DNA of 64,000 nucleotides from Octopus sinensis (Eukaryota): NCBI RefSeq assembly GCF_006345805.1, contig NC_043018.1, positions 14,446,001 to 14,510,000 of the forward strand, read 5' to 3'. Shown piece by piece: positions 25,354 to 37,924 of this stretch (position 1 is its first letter; each line of letters starts with the position of its first letter). The notes under the pieces were generated by a model. It saw only the letters and a program-made list of their open reading frames with translations, ran no database searches and was not told where the DNA came from. The position numbers and the translations under genes were made by a program.

Positions 25354-27755
25354 CTGGAAAAAAATATAGTTGGAAGTTTAAAAAATTAATTAAGTCTTCT
25401 CCTTTAGTGAGAAAGCAAGCAAATTTTAAGAGGAGGGATTAGATGAAGCTCATGTTTTGTTATTATCGACGTCGATTGAAGTATAGATTCTGATGCAATT
25501 TGAACTCATAACAAGCAGAACCGAAATCAGTACCAGTCATATTTTTCTGTTCTTTTAATGATTGCTAAATGTATTTCCTCAAATTTCTCAACTATTAAGA
25601 AAATATGATTAAAAATTCGGATTGTATATGGCGTTGAAAAAATAAAGAATGCGTTGAAGTGTCGCCTGTTGGTAGTCGGAAGTGATGTCCGTGAATACAT
25701 GACTTTAGCCCTGCTTCGTTTAAAATCCTAAACCTGCAACAAAGGACACCAAAAGGGCGACGTGATATTCGAAGCTTGCATCTGACTCAAGATTTCTTGG
25801 AGCATTTGTTGTGCTGCGTGTAGGAGTTTTAGCAGCAACAGCAGCTGCAGTGGAGGTGCAATGGCCCAATGGTTAGGGAAGTGGACTCGCGGCATTGTGA
25901 GTGTTCATTGAGCAAAATCACCTAAGCTCCACGAAGCTCCGGCGGGGAGCGGGGGTGAACCCCGCTGTACTCTTTCACCACAACTTTCTCTCACTCTTTC
26001 TTCCTACTTCTGCCACAAAGCAGGGGAACAATGGTGTAACCCACTATGGTGTGGTAAACTTTCAGACCCTAGTCTAGATTGCGAATCCTCTGTACCCCAG
26101 GATGGTTCAGCTCTCCACCCGTTAAAAGCCACCGTTTACGGAATGAGGATAACAACGTAGCTTTCACGCCCGTGCAACCGCCAGTCTATCGTGCGTGGTG
26201 GGTGGATCTTCAAGTTACCACACGCATTCTTAATAGCTTAGAGTACGGCTCGAATTAGAGATTGTTCTTTGTGGCTAATGGCGTGAGGCCTGATTGGAAG
26301 AAGAAGAAGAAGAAGAAGAAGAAGAAGAAGAAGAAGGCAGCTGCATCAGCAACAACAACAACAACACAGTTTGCTGGAATTATGGTTGAAGAAGTCTGAA
26401 AGTACTCCAGGGTTGTTCATGCCGGACGCCGTTGCGAATTCGATTGGAGTGTTCGTTTATAATTACGAAGGTATTACATTCTCTGCAAATTTTCGATCAC
26501 TTTGCCTTTCATCCTTTCGGGGTCGATAAATGAAGTACCAGTTGCGTACTGAGATCGATCTAATTGACTAACCTCCTGCCCAAACATTTCGGGCCTTGTA
26601 CCAAGAGTCGAAAAGAATATCACTCTGTAGAAGGAAGCAGTTAAGATATCGTAAAATACCGGTGAAAATATATATTTTTTTATTCTTGAAAGGTTTCCGT
26701 CATTTCACTAGCACCAGGTTGAAAGGTTTTAGTCGGAGAAATCGATCCCAGATCTTAGTTGTTGAAGACTAGTACTTATTCTTTCGGACTCTTGTGCTGA
26801 ATCACCATTTACGAGGTCGTACACACACCAACACCGGTTGGCTGTGTAGCAGTGGTGGTGGGGGACAAATTCACACACACACACACACTCACATTGTTGT
26901 ATTATTTTAATTATTTCACTCATTTTGACAGTAGCGACTTTTAATCGAAGAACTCGACCCCTTCACCCATTCTTTGTAAGCCTGGGACTTATTCAATCAG
27001 TCTCTTTACAACACATAGTCATACCTACGCCAATATGTGTATATACATACATACATGCATACATACATACATACATACATACATACATACATACATACAT
27101 ACATACATACGTTTCTGTGTCTGCTTTGGCAGTTATGCAGATAAACGAATTCTATATCCCGAAAAGATTCCAATGAACAATCAAAATGAACATTGCTGCA
27201 TCTCTCCTGAAATAACTACAAAATCGTGGTTGTTTTAGCTGCACTACATCAATAATCTTTGATACTCGTACACTCTTCTTTCCTGTTTCTTTGTATTCAA
27301 TTGTTATAAAATACAACTTGGACAATAATGTTCTTTTACAAATTCATATTGTGATACTGCAATGTAAAATCTTAACATCCATATACATAATTTAAAGGCC
27401 AACATCACAGCGAAAAACGAAGCACTGAGATTTTCTTACCGTTTCAATAGATTAAAAACAAATAGCACAGCGAATAACGAAACACCAAGTACTTGCGATG
27501 CTTTAATATTTTTATTTCAGTGGAATTTCATTAAAATTTGACGGATTAATAGCATAAATATATTAGATATTAAATGTATTCGTCGTATTAATTTCGGTTT
27601 GTTAGAAAAGTCACAGTTGTAAGTTATGGTTTGCAGATTTTCTCTTGTTTTACCATTTTCAGTTCTTGGTGCAACGCACGTGAATTCCTCTCCAGGATAA
27701 ATTACAGAATCAAACTTCTGCTCGTTAATGTTTTATATTTCACTGTTCCATGAAA

Positions 27756-27761
27756 TTTATT
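27756..27761 (-). terminator. Poly(A) signal after exon E
   Basis: Conserved AATAAA context on the minus strand. Confidence 0.6.
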
Positions 27762-27791
27762 CGTTGTTTTCTATTGTTATAGGATATAAAA

Positions 27792-27824
<33 letters not shown>

Positions 27825-28029
27825 CAGTAGTAGCAGCAGCTGCAGTAGCAGCAGCAGTAGTAGTAGTAGTAGTTGTAGTAGTAACAACAACAGGTAAAGC
27901 AGAGTTACAAGAATTGACACAGCATCAGTTACAAGAATTGACACAGCATGAGTTACAAGAATTGACACAGCATCAGTTACAACCCCTTGTTGATGTTCTT
28001 CTTGTAGTTGAGTGTACTTTTGCAGAACG

Positions 28030-28261
28030 TCAATAAAATGGTAAATTTACAAGAAAAATCAGAAAAGCCATTACAGTTTGGAGTATACCGGCATTCGTCA
28101 CACGGCTCATATTCTTAGGATTACAATAGCAGAACAGGAAATTGTTACATTCACATTTCCTATCTGGGCAGCAAGGAGGCGGTGGCGAAAAATCCGTCGT
28201 AGTCCCACAGCGTCCCACTGCACATATATTAACAACATCACCAGATCTCTTAATTTTGTCC
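28030..28261 (-). CDS. Alternative terminal exon E (same protein as C)
   Basis: Identical to exon C except for one synonymous change (GCC vs GCT, Ala in NAG); phase-2 acceptor ttttttccag|G. Confidence 0.85.
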
Positions 28262-30522
28262 CTGGAAAAAAGAATATAGTTGGAAGTTAAAAAAATTAAT
28301 TAAATTAAGTTTTCTCCTTTAGGGAGAAAGCAAGCAAATTTTAAGAGGAGGGATTAGATGAAGCTCATGTTTTGTTATTATCGACGTCGATTGAAGTATA
28401 GATTCTGATGCAATTTGAACTCATAACAAGCAGAACCGAAATCAGTACCAGTCATATTTTTCTGTTCTTTTAATGATTGCTAAATGTATTTCCTCAAATT
28501 TCTCAACTATTAAGAAAATTCGGATTGTGTATGGCGTTGAAAAAGTAAAGAATGCGTTGAAGTGTCGCCTGTTGGTAGCCGGAAGTGATGTCCGTGAATA
28601 CATGACTTTAGCCCTGCTTCGTTTAAAATCCTAAACCTGCAACAAAGGACACCAAAAGGGCGACGTGATATTCGAAGCTTGCATCTGACTCGAGATTTCT
28701 TGGAACATTTGTTGTGCTGCGTGCAGGAGTTTCAGCAGCAACAGCAGCTGCAGTGGAGGTGCAATGGCCCAGTGGTTAGGGCAGTGGACTCGCGGCATTG
28801 TGAGTGTTCATTGAGCAAAATCACCTAAGCTCCACGAAGCTCCGGCGGGGAGCGGGGGTGAACCCCGCTGTACTCTTTCACCACAACTTTCTCTCACTCT
28901 TTCTTCCTACTTCTTCCACAAAGCAGAGGAACAATGGTGTAACCCACTATGGTGTGGTAAACTTTCAGACCCTAGTCTAGATTGCGAATCCTCTGTACCC
29001 CAGGATGGTTCAGCTCTCCACCCGTTAAAAGCCACCGTTTACGGAATGAGGATAACAACGTAGCTTTCACGCCCGTGCAACCGCCAGTCTATCGAGTGTG
29101 GTGGGTGGATCTTCAAGTCGCCATACGCATTCTTAGTAGCTTAGAGTACGGCTCGAATTAAAGATTGTTCTTTGTGGCTAATGGCGTGAGGCCTGGTTGG
29201 AAGAAGAAGAAGAAGAAGAAGAAGAAGAAGAAGAAGAAGAAGAAGGCAGCTGCATCAGCAACAACAACAACAACACACAGTTTGCTGGAATTAAGGTTGA
29301 AGAAGTCTGAAAGTACTCCAGGGTTGTTCATGCCGGACGCCGTTGCGAATTCGATTGGAGAGTTCCTTTATAATTACGAAGGTATTACATTCTCTGCAAA
29401 TTTTCGATCACTTTGCCTTTCATCCTTTCGGGGTCGATAAATGAAGTACCAGTTGCGTTCAGAGATCGATCTAATTGACTAACCTCCTCCCCAAACATTT
29501 CGGGCCTTGTACCAAGAGTCGAAAAGAATATCACTCTGTAGAAGGAAGCAGTTAAGATATCGTAAAATACCGGTGAAAATATATATTCTTTTATTCTTGA
29601 AAGGTTTCCGTCATTTCACTAGCACCAGGTTGAAAGGTTTTAGTCGGAGAAATCGATCCCAGATCTTAGTTGTTGAAGACTAGTACTTATTCTTTCGAAC
29701 TCTTGTGCTGAATCACCAATTTACGAGGTCGTACACACACCAACACCGGTTGGCTGTGTAGCAGTGGTGGTGGGGGACAAATTCACACACACACACACAC
29801 ACACTCACATTGTTATATTATTTTAATTATTTCACTCATTTTGACAGTAGCGACTTTTAATCGAAGAACTCGACCCCTTCACCCATTCTTTGTAAGCCTG
29901 GGACTTATTCAATCAGTCTCTTTATAACACATAGTCATACCTGCGCCAATATGTGTGTATACAACCAACCAACCAACCAACCAACCAACCAACCATCCAT
30001 CCATCCATACATCCATCCATCCATCCATCCATACACACATACATACACACATACATACATACATACATGCATACATGCATACATACACACATACATACAC
30101 ACATACATACATACATACATGCATACATGCATACATGCATACATACATCCATCCATCCATACATACATACATACATACATACATGCATGCATACATACAT
30201 GCATGCATACATACACACACACACATTCATACATACATACATTCATACATACATACATACATACATACATACATACATACAGTATATGGAGGAACCCCTG
30301 TTTATTGAATGCAGACATAGACATCAGCACAAAGAATACTGGTGGAATATTAGCATCCAAAAAATCTGTCAATTTTCAAATAACGTGCCAAACTCAAAAC
30401 ATAAAGCCAAGCGAAATGTCTCTAAGTATTTTATCCAGGGTGCTAACGATTCTGCCAGCTTCCTCGCCTCGTCAATACTAAATTAATTGCATTAATATGA
30501 CATGTAGATATGTAGGTCTTAC

Positions 30523-30583
30523 CTTCCAGTTACATTACTCAAGGTGACATGATCTCCCGTCTGTTGATGGGCGGGAGAGACAG
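30523..30583 (-). CDS. Exon 2 (propeptide) of minus-strand knottin gene
   Basis: atatctctttcag|CT GTC TCT...GGA AG|gtaaga; 61 nt, phase 1 to phase 2; (S)VSPAHQQTGDHVTLSNVTG(R). Strong splice sites; single copy on this strand. Confidence 0.8.
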
Positions 30584-31067
30584 CTGAAAGAGATATTAAA
30601 ATACACATCAATGCATCAATAAAAAAGGAATGGCAAGAAAACAAACAAAACAACACATGAAACATTATATACATCATTTGCTGATTCTCTTCTGTAATTA
30701 TTTTAATAATGAAGAATTCTACAGGCGTCGGCGTGTGTGAAAAGAATCGTTAGCTCGATAGATAATATTCTTGGTAGCATTTCGTCCGTTCTGCTCTGAT
30801 ATAGGATTAACCAATCAGATTACACCACTTGGATTCTTCCCGATTTGTATACTCTTTACTCTTTTTTACTTGTTTTAGTCCTTTGACTGTGGCCATGCTG
30901 GAGCACCGCCTTTAGTCGAGCAAATCGACCCCGGGACTTATTCTTTGTAAGCCCAGTACTTATTCTATCGTTCTCTTTTGCCGAACCGCTAAGTGACGGG
31001 GACGTAAACACACCAGCATCGGTTGTCAAGCAATGCTAGGGAGACAAATACAGACAAACAAACACAT

Positions 31068-31104
<37 letters not shown>

Positions 31105-31536
31105 CATATATACGACAGGCTTCTTTCAGTTTCCGTCTACCAAATCCACTCACAAGGCATTGGTCGGCCCGGGGCTATAGTAGAAGACACTTGCCCAAGA
31201 TGCCACGCAGTGGGACTGAACCGGAACCATGTGGTTGGCTAGCAAGCTACTTACCACACAGCCAGTCCTGCGCCTATGTGAAAGATTAGTTAGTCATAGT
31301 GTTAATTAAATGTCATATATTATATAGAAGAAGCGTAATTCCGTATACTCGGTCTAAGAGTAGTGTATATAAAAAGTGAGTTATTTATTTGAAAGTTGTT
31401 AAAACATATAAATGGTGTACATCCGAAAGATCTACCGAGGTGATATTACTTATTTTTTGGCTTTCCACCTTTCTATTTTCCCCCTTTTCTCTTACTACAT
31501 TTCTATAAAATAAGAGAAATTTCTAATTCTACTTAC

Positions 31537-31600
31537 ATTGATTATCCGAGAAGGTGTATGAAATGAATGCACAAAACAATAGGACACTGATGCCTTTCAT
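31537..31600 (-). CDS. Exon 1 (signal peptide) of minus-strand knottin gene
   Basis: ATG...CAA T|gtaagt; 64 nt; MKGISVLLFCAFISYTFSDNQ (basic N-terminus, hydrophobic core, probable cleavage after FS); phase 1. Confidence 0.85.
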
Positions 31601-31607
31601 TACGTAC

Positions 31608-31664
31608 CTGATGATAGATAAATATAGCAGCGAGAGTCATTAAAAACGGAAACATTCTTCTTAC
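31608..31664 (-). other. Putative 57-nt 5'UTR intron
   Basis: gtaaga...atcatcag ending 7 nt before the ATG; conserved in both paralogs. Confidence 0.45.
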
Positions 31665-32645
31665 AAAGAAGCAACGGTCTACAGTGGAAATGTAGGCAGT
31701 AATTAATTTTCAGCAATTCAAATTTATTTCACTGAAAATCCAAGCTTTACGACATGATCATTCAAACAATTAGTAAACAAGGTAAAAGAGACGTGGCCCA
31801 TCAAGGGAAACGTGGCGGAGAACAGTAACAAAAGATCTTAAAAGCAGAAGGTTAACAATGGAACCAGCTGTCAAGGACGAATTCAGTGTTAGGAAGTGGA
31901 ATGATCTTGCTGTCTCCTCAAGTGCCGCAAGGCACATTGAGAACCGAATGAATGACTGAAAGAATATAGCTAATTTAATTGTACCAAAACTACTAATGTG
32001 AATATATAAAAGTCAAGTTGTGTGTCTGTCTCCTACGATTTAGATTCCTAACTACTCCCACATTTTGCGGTGCAGTTTAACCAAAACCGGGTATCTTATT
32101 GTCGTGATTCATATCGAGCCCTTCTGGGTATTAGCACGCGTCTACGGTGAGTCTACGATTAAAAAAAAATTTACCATCATTTTTTTTCCATTTTTAATGC
32201 ATTTTTTTTTTTTGCTATTTTTTGGCTATAACTCTCTAAAAATGCTTATATAGTTATTTCCCTTACAAACCCGAGCAACGCCGGGCGATACTGCTAGTGT
32301 AAATATATAATTTAGGTGAAGATGATGTCTTCGAAGCATTTATCCGTAAATATTCTCCATACTGTTGACTGTGAATGAAATGTTCTTACTTCAAGTATAT
32401 CTGGCTTCTATAATTATATCATTTTTATTTCTGTCACGGTGGAATGTTGTATGTGAAATGTACACAGTCAAATATACTCTTTTACTCTTTTACTTGTTTC
32501 AGTCATTTGACTGTGGCCATGCTGGAGCACCGCCTTTAGTCGAGCAAATCGACTCCAGGACTTATTCTTTGTAAGCCCAGTACTTATTCTTTCAGTCTCT
32601 TTTGCCGAACCGCTAAGTGACGGGGACGTAAACACACCAGCATCG

Positions 32646-34400
32646 TGTGACACGATATATGCTGGTTTAGTTCCCTGAAGTCCAGCACCGGTCTGACTTT
32701 TCCATTCGTAGGCTGCACCACCGCCATCAGGGGTAGCACTCCATCCGCTACCTCCTCCTCCCAAGGGACAAGGACCCCTTCTTCGATCCACCTCTCCACC
32801 TCGTCTTCAAACTCAACCCTGGCGTGGCTTTTCAGGGTATGCTAGTAACAGCTCACTTTGTTTTTCAGCATCGGGGGCTCGTCCTTCCATCGCCACTCTA
32901 TCGTCCACCGCTGACCATCGAACGCCGCCTGAAGGTCTTTGTCCTCGATGGTGTAAGCGGCGCAGTCCTTCGCGGAGCTCTGCTCTCTCTGGCGATCCTG
33001 ACTCGCAGTGCACAATGCCCCCACGCTTCCGAACGTGACCTCATCTCCCACAATACTGACGTCACCGAGGCAGTTGATGGCATCCATCCCCATCACCACA
33101 TCAATCCCATCTATCACGCGTTCGGCCACAATTACCTGCAGCCTTAGCGTCGCGCCGCGCACCACTATCTCTACCTTGCTGCTCTCGACCGCCCGGGCAC
33201 TACTTGCCCCGTTCCATTTCTTCGTCACCCTCGAAGTCACCAGGGTGGTCGTACAGCCCGTATCCACGAGGGCCTTGAACGTCTTCCCCTCGGCCTCCAC
33301 GTCAATTAATGGCAGCGTCTCCAATAGCGCCTCTATTCGTTTGCGGGGAAAGTTCGAGAGGGAGCAACTTATCCCGCGGTCGTTTCCCTGGTCGCAATCA
33401 CGGGCGATGTGCCCTGTCTGCCTGCATCGATAGCAAACGGGCCCCGGTTGCGTACAGTCCAGCGCCATGTGCGACCCCCGACATCTAAAACACCGACCTG
33501 AGAACGGCCGCTGTCGTTGCATGGTAGGCTTCTGTACGTCTTTCTCCGGTCGTCGTCCGTCTTTACGCACCTCCGTCACCGCCATCGCTATCGCCTTCCG
33601 CCCAGAGTGTCGCGTCAACACGCGGGCTTGAGTCCCAAGTTCGCTCAGCGCCGTCTTTTTAATCCCGGGCAATCGTTGTAGGTGAATTCCTACATCGTCG
33701 GGGAACCCATTTACGAACTTCAGTCGCGCTGCTCTCTCCAGCCCTTCTCCTGTAAACCCAGCCAACGTCGCTAACCTTCGAACTTCTGACGCGTATTCGT
33801 CCACCTGTCCTCCCGTCCATCTAATCGTACCCAGCTTAGCAAAAGCTGGGTATTCACACTCTGTGTAGGCATCCCTCAGACGTTGCTCTATCTTTTCCTC
33901 GCTCAGATGTTCTTCCACGTCCATCTCAAGATATAGCGTCAATGCGCTCACTTCCAAATACAGCGCCATAAGACTTGCCACATTGCTTATACCTTGCAGT
34001 CTTGCCACCAGCCTGATTTTACGAATCCAGGCCACTACATCGCCTTCACCATTAAAGGGTCTGATAATGTCATTGGCGATCCTGATTTTCGCTGCCATCG
34101 TGGTGACGTCTTATATGGAGCGCCGAAATAGCTTGTGGTGTATGCGAGAGATTCGAAATAAAGGCACCTACCTTCTCTTCTCTCTGATGGAGACCCTCCG
34201 ACGGTAACGGATCCTTCAACACAGCCCGATTCGAACGCTAGAGATAGCAGCTGCTTCTCCCGACCTTAACAACGTCTTACCCGCTCGGCGACCCGACTCG
34301 AAAAGGCAGAATCTTGCCCTCGCTGCGCGCGCGCCACCGCTGCCCCTTCCGGTCAGCCCCAAGTTCCGGTCAGCTCCCCAGCTGCTGACGTCATCTCACA
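32646..34400 (-). mobile_element. 3'-truncated Ty3/Gypsy LTR retrotransposon (5' LTR, gag, protease, start of RT)
   Basis: ORF 34098-32842 has two CCHC-like knuckles (CFRCRGSHMALDC, CYRCRQTGHIARDC) and protease ALVDTGC. After an in-frame TAG it continues ...VRPVLDFRELN. LTR-like TGTGAG...CACCACA at ~34400-34135; GC-rich relative to the flanks. Confidence 0.9.
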
Positions 34401-35173
34401 AGCATTTCACTAGTTCCCATATGTATGGACCCATTTTCAGGAGGAACAACGTTAGAGGCTCGTTTAGCTGTGCCCCAGGACCAGATTTTATTCATGCGAT
34501 TCGGAACCAAGAATACTGGTAAGTCAACTCAATAAAAACAGCAGCCCGCTCATTTCGAAATCGCGCTAATATCCAGCCAAAATAGGTTCAGTTGTTTGTT
34601 AGCAAACGATTTGCATTAATCGAAAATCAAAAATTACGAAAGCTCAATTTCATCCAAAACTTAAGGGGTCAACTGATTCCCTTTCATCAAATACAATCGA
34701 TGAGATGTAACGTGAAAATTTGTGAATCATTCCGGTTATCCTCTCTCTTTGCGGATCTTGGATTGTACACATGCAAACAGGCAAGAAACGGTTTAAGCTC
34801 TGCCACTACCACCATCATCATTACCATAACTGTGTAATGCTATTACTTAATCACATACAGACGCAAAGAATAATTTAAATGTTACATACTTTTTAGATTC
34901 GAACGGTATTTTACAAACAGCTCAGTAGACTTTCTCAGGTGCAAAGTTGAAACTGGTTGATGATGGTTGTGTAGTGTTAGTTATTCAGTGGACAGCTTTA
35001 AACAGTCCTTACTCGAGCTGTCGTTTCCTTTGGTTTTTCTGAATTTGCTCTCCAAGAGTTTCGTCTTCTTGTTCACGCACGCGTACGAGCAAACAAACAC
35101 ACACAAATTGCTGCACATACATTAATATACGTTAAACGATGATGATGATAATGTATATATATGTATGTATGTA

Positions 35174-35238
<65 letters not shown>

Positions 35239-36012
35239 TATGTATGTATGTATGCATATATATATGTATATATATATATATACATACATACACACACATA
35301 TATATACATATACACATATATATATGCATATATACATATATATGTATACATGCCTGTATGTGTGCGTGTGTGTATGTATAAGCACCAACAACTTGATTTA
35401 TATTATGAGATACAATATTTACTAAATCGCCGTGCACTTCGTCCAGCTGTGTGAATTAGTAATTAGAAAACATCATTTCAAACTATATCGAGTTTTTATC
35501 TTCGGTTATGTCAATGTTCTTCATAGGAGACAAATTTTAAGTTCTTTTTTCAGAAACCAACTTACGACTCATTCAGACGTGCAAAGTTCAAATTGTTGCT
35601 TAGATCCTGATTATTCCTGATCTTCAAGTCTTTATGACCAATAATATTTTACTTATGACCAGTTTATATTTTGTATCGGAGCTTTACATATGACATAAAA
35701 TATATACTTTTATAAAAAATCGACCTTATGTAAAAATCGGCATCCTTTTTTAAAATATAATCTGGAATTTTCCGCAGGAGTGGCTGCGTGGTAAGTAGCT
35801 TGCTAACCAACCACATGGTTCCGGGTTCAGTCCCACTGCGTGGCATCTTGGGCAAGTGTCTTCTGCTATAGCCCCGGGCCGACCAATGCCTTCTGAGTGG
35901 GTTTGGTAGACGGAAACTGAAAGAAGCCAGTCGTATATATGTATATATATATGTATATGTGTGTGTGTGTTTGTGTGTCTGTGTTTGTCCCCCTAGCATT
36001 GCTTGACAACCG
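34347..36012. repeat. Left arm of ~1.7-kb inverted duplication (right arm ~40658-42329)
   Basis: Colinear reverse-complement match including unique DNA, microsatellites, a SINE and the LTR end. Confidence 0.9.
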
Positions 36013-36180
36013 ATGCTGGTGTGTTTACGTCCCCGTAACTTAGCGGTTCGGCAAAAGAGACCGATAGAATAAGTACTGGGCTTCCAAAGAATAAATCCCG
36101 GGGTCAGTTTGCTCGACTAAAGGCAGTGCTCCAGCATGGCCGCAGTCAAATGACTGAAACAAGTAAAAGAGTAAAGAGTA
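35773..36180 (+). mobile_element. tRNA-derived SINE family 1 (~400 bp, internal (TA)n(TG)n, (AAGAGTA)n tail)
   Basis: Recurrent family. Other copies: ~17893-18262(-), 19815-19978(+), 20200-20490(+), 30850-31275(-), 32473-32646(-), 36627-37048(-), 40660-40900(-), 45087-45485(+), 45820-46195(-), 48900-49265(+), 56325-56710(+), 57132-57551(+). Confidence 0.85.
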
Positions 36181-37640
36181 TATCACTTGTAAATGTAGAT
36201 ATTATTTCTTTAGACGTCAGAGCTGCATACGTGAATCAAGAAGTTTGTTTAGAGATTTCTTCAAGACGTTAATTTACCGATATTAGAATCATCAAAGTCG
36301 GGCCGTAACATCTCTTTGCAGCACAGCTTAGATTAGATCTCCAATAAGTTTTGCATGATAGATTGAGAGCTGAGATTCCACTGAAGATGCTTGCTTACAA
36401 TATTATCAGTACTTAATCAGAAATCGGGCTAAGAAAGGCTACAAGAGGCAGAGAAAGAAAAAACAGAAGCAGCGAAGAGAAACACTCGCCCCAAGAAAAG
36501 CAGAATGACCTTAGAACTTACTTTGGTTGTGATGCCATTACGTTTACTAAGACAGAAACTCTAGCAAAGGAGAAATAAAGAGAAAAGCCATCCACGCATG
36601 CGCAAGGTTGGATTGATGCAGATAGATACTCTTTTACTCTTTTACTTGTTTCAGTCATTTGACTGCGGCCATGCTGGAGCACCACCTTTAATCGAGCAAC
36701 TCGACCCCGGGACTTATTCTTTGTAAGCCCAGTACTTATTCTATCGGACTCTTTTGCCGAACCGCTAAGTGACAGAGACATAAACACACCAGCATCAGTT
36801 GTCAAGCAATGCTAGGGGGACAAACACAGACACAAACATACACGCATACACACATACATATATATATATATATATACATATATTCGACGGGCTTCTTTCA
36901 GTTTCCGTCTACCAAATCCACTCACAAAGCTTTGGTCGGCCCGAGGCTATAGTAGAAGACACTTGCCCAAGGTGCCACGCGGTGGGACTGAACCCGGAAC
37001 CATGTGGCTGGTAAGCAAGCTACTTACCACACAGCCACTCCTGCGCCTATGTAGCAAATTGATGTAGCAAATTGATGACAGTAATTGGCACTTAACGATC
37101 TGATGAACTGAAGAAAGAAAAGTATTTCTTCATCTGGGAACAATTTAGAGAAGAACGGAAGAACGCGGTTGATAACATTCGATAACAAACACTGACAGAG
37201 CTGTTAATTCTTGACAGAATTACAAGTGTTTTGCAAGCGTTAGATGTTAGTCTCAATAAACCACGATGAAAGATAAAGTGGAATAACTAGAAGAAACATG
37301 CAAGATAGAAGAGTAAGAAGACTTTAACACCTCCTCTTGTTTTTGAAAAAGTCGCTGATTCATGTGGAAACATAAAAATTCACATTACTTACACACCATT
37401 GAAAGGGTTTGGCATTTCCAGAGTATTGGAAGGTACAGAATATCTATGGGAAGATAGTCCTAACGAAGAAGTGGAGGAACGGAGGTGTTCCTCTGTGGTA
37501 AAAAGTTTTTTTTACCAACCACATGGTTTCGGGCTCAGTCCCACCGCATGGCACTGTGGGCAAGTGTCGTCAACTATATCCTTGGGCCACCTAGAGCCTT
37601 GTGAAAGGATTTGGTATTTGGCTGACAGAAACAAGTCGTG

Positions 37641-37716
<76 letters not shown>

Positions 37717-37924
37717 GTGCCGACAGGGGGCTAAACACAGAGGGGACAAACAAGGACAGACAAAGGGATTAAGTCGATTACATCGAATCCAGTGCGTAAC
37801 TGGTACTTATTTAATCGACTCCGAAAGGATGAAAGGCAAAGTCGACGAAAAAGAAGGAGAAGAAGAAAGGAATACGGCAGGAAAGGAATAAGAAGGAATA
37901 CGGCAGCCCATCCTCCCTCTACAT

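Larger units (their letters stand above)
22010..29953 (-). repeat. Three tandem ~2.5-2.8 kb cassettes (C ~22010-24466, D ~24467-27270, E ~27271-29953), each with one terminal exon
   Basis: Intron, UTR and SINE-fragment sequence recurs in register; the cassettes differ by internal deletions and by the knottin core. Confidence 0.9.

Noticed and set aside
28449-28506. 58-nt phase 1-to-2 'pro exon' (EKFEEIHLAIIKRTEKYDW) upstream of each terminal exon (also 25534-25591, 23114-23171, 1205-1261)
   Set aside because: Weak donor (gtactg); the homolog at 10004-10070 has two in-frame stops and the A copy is 57 nt. A better exon 2 with strong sites, conserved in both loci, exists at 30523-30583 and 9052-9100. 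It could still be a cryptic exon.
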